DNA of 64,000 nucleotides. Source: Candidatus Bathyarchaeota archaeon (GTDB taxonomy: Archaea > Thermoproteota > Bathyarchaeia > Bathyarchaeales > Bathycorpusculaceae). The notes under the pieces were generated by a model that did not search any database, was not told where the DNA came from, and saw only the letters and a list, made by a program, of their open reading frames with translations. The stretch spans positions 32,001-96,000 of the forward strand of contig CAVYXJ010000011.1 in NCBI GenBank assembly GCA_963772455.1. The letters run 5' to 3'. Positions 41,408-51,106 of this stretch are shown piece after piece; position 1 is the first letter of the stretch, and each line of letters opens with the position of its first letter. Both the position numbers and the translations under genes were made by a program.

Positions 41408-42199
41408 ATGAATAGAAAAAGCATTATCGTTGCGATTATTGGAATTCTTCTTATTAGTAGTGTAGCATTCAATCTAGTTGATGCTTTGCCTTTGGATAAC
41501 ATTGCCAACAGATTAACTCAAGCAACTTGGATTCGCATTAACGGCAATATAGATCATTTAACATTATCAGACACCCCTATGGAGGTACGAGGACAACTTC
41601 AAACTCAAGCCCGAGTAGCGGTACATCAATCGGGTGATACTAAACAATTTACCGCGGCAACAGCTATTTGGACAACCGAAACAACTACTGCGGCAGAAAA
41701 AGCGAAACAATCAAATGAATTTACATACACATACTACATTGCAAGACTACCAAATGCCTTAGTCTCCGATACTAATTCAAAGATTACTACACCAGCAAGT
41801 TACGTTTTAGCTGGAACATGGAAGGTCGCGACAGTCGTAATAACCGTTACTACCCAGACCAATGAGGATGGCACTGTAACAAGACATCGAGCACAAGATA
41901 TCACACCATCCGAATGTAAGGGAACATTAACCGTAACTGATAACACTTTCAGTCTAAAAATTGATGGGGTTGGAGAATTAACAGGTTCAATATACCGTTC
42001 CATTACACGCTCATGGTTTAACCCATTCAAAATGACAGATGACGCAACTACTAACACAGTAACTAGAAGCGATGTAAAAGCAATTGCACAAAACTACGGT
42101 GTTATGCCAGGTTGGGGAAACTTTAACTCAAACATGGACTTCAACAATAACTTCCGAGTAGACATAGCTGATATTTCGACAGTCGCAGCCAATATGTAA
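41408..42199 (+). CDS. Secreted protein with C-terminal dockerin-like domain
   Basis: Signal peptide, Thr-rich beta domain, VTRSDVKAIAQNYG.MPGWGNFNSNMDFNNNFRVDIADISTVAAN. Confidence 0.75.
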   Translation: MNRKSIIVAIIGILLISSVAFNLVDALPLDNIANRLTQATWIRINGNIDHLTLSDTPMEVRGQLQTQARVAVHQSGDTKQFTAATAIWTTETTTAAEKAKQSNEFTYTYYIARLPNALVSDTNSKITTPASYVLAGTWKVATVVITVTTQTNEDGTVTRHRAQDITPSECKGTLTVTDNTFSLKIDGVGELTGSIYRSITRSWFNPFKMTDDATTNTVTRSDVKAIAQNYGVMPGWGNFNSNMDFNNNFRVDIADISTVAANM

Positions 42200-42307
42200 A
42201 AATCAGTTTCTAATAATTTTCACCCTATTTTCTTTTTTTGCTTTCTAAACTTGCTTTATGGTTAAGTTAATACGTTTATTTATCTAAGAAATCTTGATGG
42301 GCTTATA

Positions 42308-42490
42308 ATGGTTGGGAATAGAAAAAATAATGAGTCTATTGATGCGCCAAAAGAAGTAACATTGCCTTGTGGTTGCGTATATCAGGATAAGGGTTGGATG
42401 CTTACTCGAAGCAGAGAATGTGAATATCACAAACGAAAAAGAACCACTAAGCGTCCTTATAGACCCAAGGCTGAATGCGTAAGACCATAA
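42308..42490 (+). CDS. Small basic Cys-containing hypothetical protein
   Basis: 60 aa, LPCGC...CEYH; unsupported beyond the ORF itself. Confidence 0.4.
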   Translation: MVGNRKNNESIDAPKEVTLPCGCVYQDKGWMLTRSRECEYHKRKRTTKRPYRPKAECVRP

Positions 42491-42597
42491 AAACGAAGCT
42501 GTCGATAGCCTATTTTCTTGTGGGAAAATGATTTCAGTGCGTTTCGAAGGGTCTTTCCACAATCCATTTAACCAACAAAACCAATTCCCTTAGCGTC

Positions 42598-43731
42598 ATG
42601 TTAAACTCCCAACCAGACTCTTCGCCAAAACCTCAAAGTCAAACTAGACGATTCCTAAAGATTCTTATTCAAATAGTGGCGATGGTTGTAATCTTTGCAG
42701 TTCTGTTCTGGTACATCGGAGTTGGCTCACTATATGAGGCAATGCTAAACATCAAAGTTGAGTATTTGGCACTTGCATTCCTCATGTACTTTGGCATCAA
42801 CATATTCTTTACGATAAGGCTGAGGCGTGTTTTAGCTAAAGGCGGAGTAAAAACGTCGTTTGGCAAAACCCTTCTTGCCCAGTACGCTGGAATGCTAACT
42901 AGCGACGTTACTCCTGGTCGCTCAGGATACATTTTGACGCCTGTTTACCTTCGGGATCAAAATGTCCCCGCTTCAAAAGCACTCTCAAGCGTTCTTGGAA
43001 TCCAAACTATAGAGTTCCTAGTCAAGGTCGTCGGCGGAATAGGAGCAGCCATATTCTTGATTAAGATGGTGCCCTCTGGAAACTGGCCACCAACAACTAT
43101 TCTGGGTGTCAACGTAACGTTCTTCGTTATAGGTCTAGGCATTGCTTTAATGTTGACTGGCGCACTGTTACTCGCCGCTATTTCATGGTCAGAGCGTGCC
43201 GTACACATCTTCCATCGAATCGCAAACAGCCGTTACCTGAAAAGATTTACAGGCGGCATAATGGGTAAACTTGACGATTTTAAGGACAGTTCACAAAAAA
43301 CTCGTTCTGCAATCCCTGAAATTTTTGGGTTAACGATGATTTGCTGGGTGCTGAAGGGGTTTGAATGGTTCTTCTTAGCTGAGGCATTGGGCATCTCAAT
43401 TAACAGCAACCCTGCAATTGCTTGGCTTGGATTCTTCCTCATTCACCCGTTGGTCACGGCGTTGGCGTTTGTCCCAATCACTCCTGCGGGAACAGGTATC
43501 CAAGAGTTTGGAATCATCGGGATTTTGAGTTTGCTTTTCCTTAACCCTGCCACCACTTTTGTTGCTCCAGGCATAACGGTGTTGGCAGCTATCGGTGCAT
43601 TCGCAATCCTAGCGAGAGGTTTGCTAATTATAGAGGACTTGGCTGGTGTACCGCAAATCGTAAAGTCAACTACCCTGATTTTTTCAAAGAAAAAACATGC
43701 GGAAATAGCTCCTCCACCTTTGCCTTCTTAG
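42598..43731 (+). CDS. Flippase-like (UPF0104 / LPG-synthase TM) membrane protein, second paralog
   Basis: SDVTPGRSG, PITPAGTGIQE, multiple TM. Confidence 0.88.
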   Translation: MLNSQPDSSPKPQSQTRRFLKILIQIVAMVVIFAVLFWYIGVGSLYEAMLNIKVEYLALAFLMYFGINIFFTIRLRRVLAKGGVKTSFGKTLLAQYAGMLTSDVTPGRSGYILTPVYLRDQNVPASKALSSVLGIQTIEFLVKVVGGIGAAIFLIKMVPSGNWPPTTILGVNVTFFVIGLGIALMLTGALLLAAISWSERAVHIFHRIANSRYLKRFTGGIMGKLDDFKDSSQKTRSAIPEIFGLTMICWVLKGFEWFFLAEALGISINSNPAIAWLGFFLIHPLVTALAFVPITPAGTGIQEFGIIGILSLLFLNPATTFVAPGITVLAAIGAFAILARGLLIIEDLAGVPQIVKSTTLIFSKKKHAEIAPPPLPS

Positions 43732-43782
43732 CTATACACCTAAAGTCAATACGCTCTTAAACAGTCTGGGCATTAATTTAGT

Positions 43783-44364
43783 GTGAGAGAAATCAAGATG
43801 TATTCGAAGTCAGCCGTTAGGCAAGCTTTACCCGCTGATTTGGAAAGAGTAAAAGAGATTATTGACTTGTCTTTTCCAAGGTTATTTCGCTACTTTGCCC
43901 AGCACAGCGTAAAATCCGAAGAAGGAAAAGTGCTTATATTTGAAAACCACGACGTAGTCTTAGGATTCGCAAAATTAATAGAGTTCAAGGTTGGCAACAT
44001 CAAGTACGGCTGTATCCTTTGGATTGCGGTTCACCCTGATTATCGGCGCCAAGGAATCGCACTTATCTTGACAAACAAGGGTGTAGGAACTCTGAAAAAA
44101 GAAGGTGTACAAGCGGTTTTTGCTTCTACACAATGGAGAAATAACGCTGCGAAAGCAACCTTGAATAAGGCAGGCTTTGGGCAGGTGGGTTTTTTGGGGT
44201 TGTGGCGGGTTTTCGGTTGGCGAGTGTTTAGTTTTTATCGTAAGATTTGGTATGCACCTATCGAAATTGTATATATAAAAGATTTTTATGAGTTAAATTG
44301 GTCGGGAGAGCAGGATTTGAACCTGCGACAGCTCGGTATCTGTGGCCTAGACAGGCTAGAATGA
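43783..44364 (+). CDS. GNAT N-acetyltransferase (3' end probably extended by a +1 insertion near 44285; likely true stop at 44296)
   Basis: WIAVHPDYRRQGIA, STQWRN; as given it reads antisense through the tRNA 3' half. Confidence 0.8.
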   Translation: MREIKMYSKSAVRQALPADLERVKEIIDLSFPRLFRYFAQHSVKSEEGKVLIFENHDVVLGFAKLIEFKVGNIKYGCILWIAVHPDYRRQGIALILTNKGVGTLKKEGVQAVFASTQWRNNAAKATLNKAGFGQVGFLGLWRVFGWRVFSFYRKIWYAPIEIVYIKDFYELNWSGEQDLNLRQLGICGLDRLE

Positions 44365-44452
44365 AGCCCACCATGGGTAGACCTCTACAGCTTCTCCACC
44401 AGCTAAACTAGTTAGCCAGCTCGAGAGCTCTGCCAGGCTGAGCTACCTCCCG
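44299..44452 (-). tRNA. tRNA-Tyr(GTA) with two introns (30/31, 30 nt, 44392-44421; 37/38, 47 nt, 44338-44384), CCA encoded
   Basis: Spliced: CGGGAGG TA GCTC AGCCTGGCA GAGC T CTCGG CT GTA GA CCGAG CTGTC GCAGG TTCAAAT CCTGC TCTCCCG A CCA (77 nt); C1:G72/A73 Tyr identity; both junctions fold as BHB. Confidence 0.93.
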
Positions 44453-44575
44453 ACAAAGACCATAAAGACAAAAGAAAAGAATTTATGTGTTTTGGAATTT
44501 TTCACAGTCCTTACGACCAATACTAAACATTTTAATCTTTTAGAAATATGTGTTTCAGAGAAGAGGCGCAATAAA

Positions 44576-45542
44576 TTGGCAAAAACCATTGGCATTGTTA
44601 CATCTGGAGGAGATGCACCGGGAATGAATGCTGCTATTCGAGCAGTTACACGGGTTGGTTACTCAATGGGTTTTCAGGTAATCGGGTTTGAACGCGGCTG
44701 GGATGGATTACTAACTAATTGTTTTAAAAAGTTAACTCCCCGCAGCGTCGGAGGAATAATTCAACTTGGCGGCACCATTCTTCATACATTAAGATGCCCC
44801 GCGTTTGAGCAACCCGACGGAGTTGAAACAGGAGCAGAAACACTACGACAAAATAACGTTGATGGTTTAGTGGTTATTGGTGGAGACGGTTCATTTAGAG
44901 GTGCCTTGGAACTAGGCAAGAAAAGTGACGCTTTAATACTTGGAATTCCAGCCACAATCGATAATGACATCTATGGCACTGAAGAAACAATTGGCTTTGA
45001 TACTGCCGTAAATACAGGTGTAACAATAATCGACAAAATTAGAGACACTGCAATTTCTCACGAACGCATTTTTATTGTTGAAGTTATGGGACGTAAAAGA
45101 GGCTTTTTGGCTTTGGAAGTAGGAATGTGTGTGGGTGCGGAAGTAATTTTGATTCCTGAAAACCCTGTATCTTCTAAAAAAATTTGCAGTATTATGGATG
45201 AAAACGCCAGAAAAGGTAAAAGAGCGGGGATAATCGTTGCTGCGGAGGGTTTTGGTGATTCAAACAAATTGGCACATGAAATACAGAGTCAAACAGACTT
45301 TGAAGTTAGGCTTTCCATTCTTGGTTATGCTCAACGTGGAGGTAGCCCAACAGCTCGTAGCAGGTTGCTGGCGAGTTTGTTTGCTGAGAGAGCTGTTGAA
45401 TTGTTGTGTGAAGGAAAAGGCATGTTGGCAGTTGGATTACAGAAGGGCTCAGTCACTAGCTTATGATCTTGAACAAAGTGCAAATAACCAGAAAACGTTG
45501 GATTTGCGTTTGTTGAAAGTAGCTGATTTGCTGGCAATTTAG
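44576..45542 (+). CDS. pfkA: 6-phosphofructokinase (PfkA family, ATP-type motif); +1 frameshift at about 45461 near the C-terminus
   Basis: TSGGDAPGMNAAIR, GGDGS, PATIDND, IGFDTA, EVMGR, LGYAQRGG; C-terminus YDLEQ..KTLDLRLLKVADLLAI continues in the next frame. Confidence 0.9.
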
Positions 45543-45577
45543 TTTTATTATAAGTTTGGATTTGGAAAGTGACTAGC

Positions 45578-45860
45578 ATGACAAAGATAATTAATTTGCC
45601 TTTGCGGGTTTACGAAGATTTAGTTAAGACTTCTGAGGAGTTGTCGTTAATGGCTAAAAAGCCGATTTCGACATCAATGGCTAGTTGATTTGCTAATTGA
45701 AATTTATCATGCACACCTCAACAACCCTTGCTCACTTGACTCTTTCAGCCAACAGTTAAGAAGCCTAAACGTTATGTCCCCAGATGAATTTGATAAGTAC
45801 TGGGATGAACCCATAAAGACAGAGGAAACAAAAGGCAAGGTAAAAGCAAAAAAACCCTAA
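45578..45860 (+). CDS. Uncalled 93-aa hypothetical (RHH-like N-terminus) split by one extra base at 45683
   Basis: MTKIINLPLRVYEDLVKTSEELSLMAKKPISTSMA / VDLLIEIYHAHLNNPCSLDSFSQQLRSLNVMSPDEFDKYWDE...KKP*; length 283 = 94x3+1. Confidence 0.65.
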
Positions 45861-45991
45861 TCGAGATTTACGTTTCAAAATCAGGTCTATCTCAAGTTGG
45901 GTTTAGAATACTGGCGAAGAAGAAAAAATAATTGAATAACAATTTTCTGGCTGATAGAAGAAACAAGGTTATGCTTCAGAAGAAAAATCGG

Positions 45992-46020
45992 TTTCCGGAC
46001 CAAAACTGGTCCGCTGGAAA
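45992..46020 (-). terminator. Hairpin downstream of the NTPase gene
   Basis: CGGACCA-AAAC-TGGTCCG 45996-46013. Confidence 0.35.
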
Positions 46021-46028
46021 TACAAGTT

Positions 46029-46589
46029 TTAAATCATGTCAAAAACGTGTTTAGCTAGTTTGTCGGTTAGGTTTTCTCTATTTGAGAAAGTTACATTAAA
46101 AATTTCTGCGTCAACTCTTCGTTTAATCTGAGTTACTAATAGGTCTTTAGCTTTTCCATGTACAACTATTAACATCAATTTTTTGCTCTCTAACGCTTGC
46201 GTAACTGCTTGTTTGAACTTCTGGGAGAATAATTCCATGGGGCCAATCTCGTCGATGACTACGACGTCACTTTTTTCGAGGGCTTGCGTTATGGCTGTTG
46301 TTCCAATATTGTCAAGGTCCTTGAGGTTGACATTGTACTTGCCTACTTGGAGACCGCCTTGTCCTTTAACGTGAGCTAACCATCCATGTTTGTTGTTGGT
46401 TAAATCCGAGATTTCAAAGCCCACACGCACATTGCCTTCTCGTACTTCTCGTGTAACCATACCGCCTACTCTGACGCCTTTTGTTTTTAAGGCGTCCACT
46501 GTCTTAGTAACCACTGTAGTTTTTCCAACTCCAGGAGCACCAGTCAAAATCAAAACTCTCGACATCGACATCTTCATCTTTTGCACCAA
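46029..46589 (-). CDS. Nucleoside-triphosphatase THEP1 (NTPase_1)
   Basis: TGAPGVGKTT, GGMVTREVR..RVGF, VGKY.V, IDEIGPMEL. Confidence 0.93.
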   Translation of the reverse strand: MVQKMKMSMSRVLILTGAPGVGKTTVVTKTVDALKTKGVRVGGMVTREVREGNVRVGFEISDLTNNKHGWLAHVKGQGGLQVGKYNVNLKDLDNIGTTAITQALEKSDVVVIDEIGPMELFSQKFKQAVTQALESKKLMLIVVHGKAKDLLVTQIKRRVDAEIFNVTFSNRENLTDKLAKHVFDMI

Positions 46590-46652
46590 CCTACCATAAA
46601 TCTAATATGTTGATTAAATTGTTTTCATACCAACATCCATGGAGTAGGCCAA

Positions 46653-47873
46653 ATGTCGGATAAAGAAGACTATGTTGCAGATTTTCCCAGCGAAATAATC
46701 AAAGAAGGAAAAATCCAAGTCTTAGTGCCCAAACTCGAAGCCTATGGTGTCGTGCCTTCTGATTATGCGCCTTCCAAAGCTCCAGTGTTCTACAATCCTG
46801 TCATGGAATTCAACCGTGACTTAACCGTTTTAGTTTTCAAAGCCTACCAACATATCGTTAATCATGAAATCAGCATTTGCGAGCCCTTCACTAGTCAGGG
46901 AATAAGGGGTATTCGGTTCGCCGCCGAAGTCAATGGAGTGACAAAGGTGCTGCTAAGCGACATTAGCACAACCGCATTGGAACTTGCAAAGCACAATGTT
47001 GAGTTAAACAAGTTGGAAAACATAATAACTCTCAAGCATAAAGATGCTAACTGTATTTTAAGCTCCAACGCTTCCCCAAAAAAACGTTTTGACATAATTG
47101 ACATCGACCCTTTCGGAACTCCAGTGCCATATTTGGATTCAGCATTTAGAGCTCTGAAAAACAATGGGTTGTTGGCTGCTACCGCTACGGATTTAGCGCC
47201 TTTGTGTGGTGTGCATGCGAAGGCTTGTGTAAGAAAATACGGAGGCAAACCCTTGCGAACAGAGTATTGCCATGAATTAGCGGTGCGGCTGTTGGCTGGC
47301 TGCATGGCTTCATTGGCAGCAAAGCATGATATCGGAATCCGAATACTATTCAGCCACAGCACAGACCATTACATCCGCGTCTACGCCCAGATTGGTTATG
47401 GTTGCCAAAAAGGAGATGAAAGCCTCAAAAATACAGGATATTTCCTCCACTGTTTTAGTTGTCTTCACCGAGAGATAATACATAATATTTTTGGCAAAAT
47501 CGACCAGTGCCCTGAATGCGGCTCAAAAATGGAGTTTTCTGGACCCTTATGGATAGGTAGCTTATCCGACCCGGTCTTTGTTGATCAAATTATCAAAGAA
47601 AGCCAGAATACTGCGTTTAAGAATAGTGCTAAAATTACAAAACTCCTAACATTAATCAAAAACGAAGGTAACCTGCCACCATCCTACTATGTGATTGATA
47701 AATTAAGCGGAAAACTTAAGCTACCTTCACCAAGCATCCAAGCGGTTTTAACATGCCTTAAACAACATGGTTTCCAAGCAACTTCAACGCATTTCAATAC
47801 TCGAGGGATCAAAACAGAAGCTTCAGCATTAATTATGCAAAAAATACTCAGAGAAATCGCAATAACAAAATAA
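46653..47873 (+). CDS. trm1: tRNA (guanine26-N2)-dimethyltransferase
   Basis: PVFYNPVMEFNRD, GIRGIRF, DIDPFGTP, TATD, HELAVR, GPLWIG, THF. Confidence 0.95.
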   Translation: MSDKEDYVADFPSEIIKEGKIQVLVPKLEAYGVVPSDYAPSKAPVFYNPVMEFNRDLTVLVFKAYQHIVNHEISICEPFTSQGIRGIRFAAEVNGVTKVLLSDISTTALELAKHNVELNKLENIITLKHKDANCILSSNASPKKRFDIIDIDPFGTPVPYLDSAFRALKNNGLLAATATDLAPLCGVHAKACVRKYGGKPLRTEYCHELAVRLLAGCMASLAAKHDIGIRILFSHSTDHYIRVYAQIGYGCQKGDESLKNTGYFLHCFSCLHREIIHNIFGKIDQCPECGSKMEFSGPLWIGSLSDPVFVDQIIKESQNTAFKNSAKITKLLTLIKNEGNLPPSYYVIDKLSGKLKLPSPSIQAVLTCLKQHGFQATSTHFNTRGIKTEASALIMQKILREIAITK

Positions 47874-47938
47874 CTGATATGTTTTGCAACAAAAGTTTAA
47901 AGAGCAAAACCGTGTTTCTAACAGGTAAGTGAGCTCTC

Positions 47939-48743
47939 TTGAATGATAAAATCACTGTGATAGGCGCAGGCATGATGGGTAGCGCCATAATTAAAAGCCT
48001 AATTAAAGGCAACTTCTGGTGGCAAGATAACTGCTGTAGATATTGCACCTGAAAAACTCAAAGACCTGGAAAAGCTTGGAGTAAAAATTACATCGGATAG
48101 CCGAAAAGCAGTCGCTGATTCAGACATCGTTTTCATCATTGTTAAACCCGGAGATGTTGAAAAGGTTCTCAAAGAAATTGCCAAAGAAATAAGGGGTAAA
48201 CTTCTCATTTCTGTTGCGGCTACTTTGCCTCTTGCTTTTCTCCGTAAAAACGCATCTGAATCTCGGATTGTGCGAATTATGCCTAATCTTGGTGCTTTGG
48301 TTCAAGCTTCGTATACAGCTTATTGTTGCGAACCAAATGTTACTAACGAAGATAAAGAAAAAGTCAAAATGCTTCTAAATATGATGGGAATCTGCGATGA
48401 AATGGATGAGAAGTACATGGATGCAATCACCGCTGTCAGCGGTAGCGGACCAGGCTACATATCGATCATAATTGAAGCGTTAACTTATGCAGGGTTGAAA
48501 GTTGGGTTGCCAAGAAATATCGCCCTATCAGCAGCAGCTCAAACTGTAATGGGCACGGGTAAACTAGTTATCGATTTGCATGAAGATCCAGCGAAAATTA
48601 AGGATATGACTACTACCCCAGGAGGAACAACAATTGAAGCTATCTACCAGATTGAACAATCTCAAATTCGACCTGCAATGATTCGCGCTATTGAAGAAGC
48701 CACCAAAAAAAGCCAGACTATTAGAGAAAAACTAAATGTATGA
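47939..48743 (+). CDS. proC: Pyrroline-5-carboxylate reductase; +1 frameshift at about 48017
   Basis: N-terminal IGAGMMGSAI in one frame; VKP, ISVAA, RIMPN, TAVSGSGP, TTPGGTTI in the next; length 805 = 268x3+1. Confidence 0.9.
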
Positions 48744-48756
48744 TAGCGAATTTTAA

Positions 48757-49413
48757 ATGTTTGAAGCAGTAATATTTGACTGGGATGGAACCCTTGCCGA
48801 TACTCGAAAAGTAATTGTAGTTTCATTCCAAAAAGCACTCAAGGAAATTAACATCGAAGTTCCAACTCAATTTATTGAACGAAGGATCGGGGTTGGTGCA
48901 TCAGAGACTTTCCGAGAAATTCTCTCCGCCGCAAATAGGAGTGTTGACGAAAAAATCGTAAAACAGCTTGTTGAAACGAAAAGCAAAGTGCAAATCGAAT
49001 TAGCAAGTGAGGTTACATTGTTTGATGGCAGCCGAGAGCTTTTAGAGTCACTTCGGGACAAGGTGAAAGTTGGTTTGGCATCTATGAATAATCGCAGCGT
49101 GATTATGAATCTGCTACAAACTAATGGACTTGAAAACTGTTTTGATGTGGTTCTAACTGTTGAGGCAGTTTTCCATTCTAAACCTGACCCGGAAATCTTT
49201 CTTAAAACAGCTGAACAACTCAAGGCTAAACCGCAGGTATGTGTGGTTTTTGAGGATTCTATATTTGGCATTAAAGCAGCTAAATCCGCAAACATGAGTT
49301 GCATTGCAGTTACAACAGGCGTTTACAAGGAAGAAGAACTTAAAGTGGAAAAGCCTGATTTAATCGTTGAATCCTTGAGAGATAATAAAATTTTACCGTT
49401 CATTTTAAAATAA
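48757..49413 (+). CDS. HAD-family hydrolase (beta-PGM-like)
   Basis: FDWDGTL, KPDPEIF, FEDS..GIKAA. Confidence 0.9.
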   Translation: MFEAVIFDWDGTLADTRKVIVVSFQKALKEINIEVPTQFIERRIGVGASETFREILSAANRSVDEKIVKQLVETKSKVQIELASEVTLFDGSRELLESLRDKVKVGLASMNNRSVIMNLLQTNGLENCFDVVLTVEAVFHSKPDPEIFLKTAEQLKAKPQVCVVFEDSIFGIKAAKSANMSCIAVTTGVYKEEELKVEKPDLIVESLRDNKILPFILK

Positions 49414-49510
49414 AATATTAATTTTGTGGTAGCGGGCTAGCAACAACATAGCTTTAAACATTTTTCGATGAACTATACATTATTCTCAAAAGACTGTAGG
49501 AAGAATTGTT

Positions 49511-49780
49511 GTGACTGTTCAGCTTAAAAGAAGGAATAGACCATCGGTGTTTCAAGTACTGCTCTTAGACAAAGATGACGGTGAAGACGTTGAAGTTCAA
49601 GAAGCAAAAAAAGTGGATTTTTTCCAAGTTAAAGAACATCTTAAAAACGGAGGATCTGTCTTCATTACAAGTAAAGGCTCAGAAAAACTTTCTTTTCCAA
49701 AAGCTAAAGCACAACAAAACTATAACAGATCTAGACGAACTTGTGGATTTCTCTTTCGACAGCATCTGAGAAGACCATAA
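49511..49780 (+). CDS. Small hypothetical protein
   Basis: 89 aa; VKEHLKNGGSVFITS. Confidence 0.6.
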   Translation: MTVQLKRRNRPSVFQVLLLDKDDGEDVEVQEAKKVDFFQVKEHLKNGGSVFITSKGSEKLSFPKAKAQQNYNRSRRTCGFLFRQHLRRP

Positions 49781-49784
49781 TTGT

Positions 49785-49849
49785 GTGATGTGCATCCATT
49801 AATTTCCTTTACCCCTCTCTCTTCCAAATATCTTTTGGGTGCACGTCAC
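49785..49849 (+). other. 14-bp RNA stem with G.U pairs and a pyrimidine-rich loop
   Basis: GTGATGTGCATCCA (49785-49798) / TGGGTGCACGTCAC (49836-49849). Confidence 0.5.
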
Positions 49850-49903
49850 TCCCTCTTATACAAGAAAAATTATTTTTAATATTTAAAAAGAGTCAATAGA
49901 TCG

Positions 49904-50965
49904 CTATTTTTTCTTTCTTAATGATTCAGGAACATATCCGCATCGAGGGTCAGAACCTAAAATGTCACCAGTGTAAAATAACGCTGCGGATCTGCAGCCA
50001 CCACATAGTTCTTTGTATTCGCAAACGCCGCATTTACCCTTGATGTTCGTCTTATCTTTAATTTTGTTGAAGAATTCACTTTTTTGCATGTTATCCCAAA
50101 TCTCGGCGATATGTTTGTCCTTAATGTTTCCAACCCGATAAGCGTCGTTGTAACTGCAGGGAATCGCATCGCCGTTTTCCGCTATACTAAGAAATTTGCC
50201 AAAAAAGCATCTGCCTAAAAAGAAGTTGGAATACCATTTTTGAAAGTCAGGCATGCCGCGTTGCTTGGCAACTCGAGCATAAAAGGGAATATACACGTTG
50301 ATTCCGGGTTTTCCCTTATATTCTTCTGTTAAATTGTAAAGTTTGTTGCATAACCACTCGTACTGGGCAGGAGTTGGGTCAGCTTTAAGGCAGTTTTTAC
50401 TATAGGGAATTAAACCATGGAAGACTACCCAACGCGCATCATATTTCTTAGCTAATTCCAGCACATGCCGCATGTCTTCTTCATTAACGTTAGTAACTTT
50501 GTCGGCGTTAGCGAAAGTGTAAACAAGGCAATTAAGGAGTTTTTCTTTTGAAAACCTCTTTATCGCTGAGAGGGCTGCTTTGTAAGCGCCTTTGCCACGG
50601 ATAGCATCATTTGTTTCTTGCGCGCCATCGATGCTAACTGAGAGTTTAGTTTGGTTCTTAACGATTTTTTGATAAGCTGCTTTCCCCAGGAGGCGCCCGT
50701 CAGTTATGATGCTTGTATTTAATCCTAATTTTGTAGCATAATCGAGAACTTCAAAGAGGTCCTTTCGTAGAAAGGGTTGCCCTCCGGTAATTCCAAAGAA
50801 ACCTGCGCCAAAATCAGCTACTTGGTCAACTATTTTCAATGCGTCTTTAGTGTTTAATTCATCTGGAGCTGCTTTTTTTCCTGCTGAAGTACAATGGACA
50901 CAGTTACTCTCGCATTCGAAAGTGCATCTCCAGGGTACAATCAATACTGGACCTTTAACTACCAA
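49904..50965 (-). CDS. Radical SAM protein with SPASM domain (NirJ/Ahb/PqqE-like)
   Basis: CESNCVHC (Cx3Cx2C), TGGQP, SIDG; C-terminal C..PC..CGVCEYKELCGGCR..DPRC. Confidence 0.92.
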   Translation of the reverse strand: MVVKGPVLIVPWRCTFECESNCVHCTSAGKKAAPDELNTKDALKIVDQVADFGAGFFGITGGQPFLRKDLFEVLDYATKLGLNTSIITDGRLLGKAAYQKIVKNQTKLSVSIDGAQETNDAIRGKGAYKAALSAIKRFSKEKLLNCLVYTFANADKVTNVNEEDMRHVLELAKKYDARWVVFHGLIPYSKNCLKADPTPAQYEWLCNKLYNLTEEYKGKPGINVYIPFYARVAKQRGMPDFQKWYSNFFLGRCFFGKFLSIAENGDAIPCSYNDAYRVGNIKDKHIAEIWDNMQKSEFFNKIKDKTNIKGKCGVCEYKELCGGCRSAALFYTGDILGSDPRCGYVPESLRKKK

Positions 50966-51106
50966 GTCGACTTCTCCAAGAGGATATTCTATTTGAACAT
51001 TTTTTTGCTATTTAATGCTTCACATTCCAATTTCAAATTCGATGACGTAAACTATGGAACAGAATTCTTAAATCTCTAAGAAAACTTCTAACTCAATAGT
51101 GATTTC

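Noticed and set aside
44297-44364. Real antisense overlap of the GNAT CDS with tRNA-Tyr, or an integration att site
   Set aside because: Deleting one T from the T-run at 44283-44287 stops the gene at 44296, just outside the tRNA; I saw no duplicated tRNA 3' end or integrase in the window.
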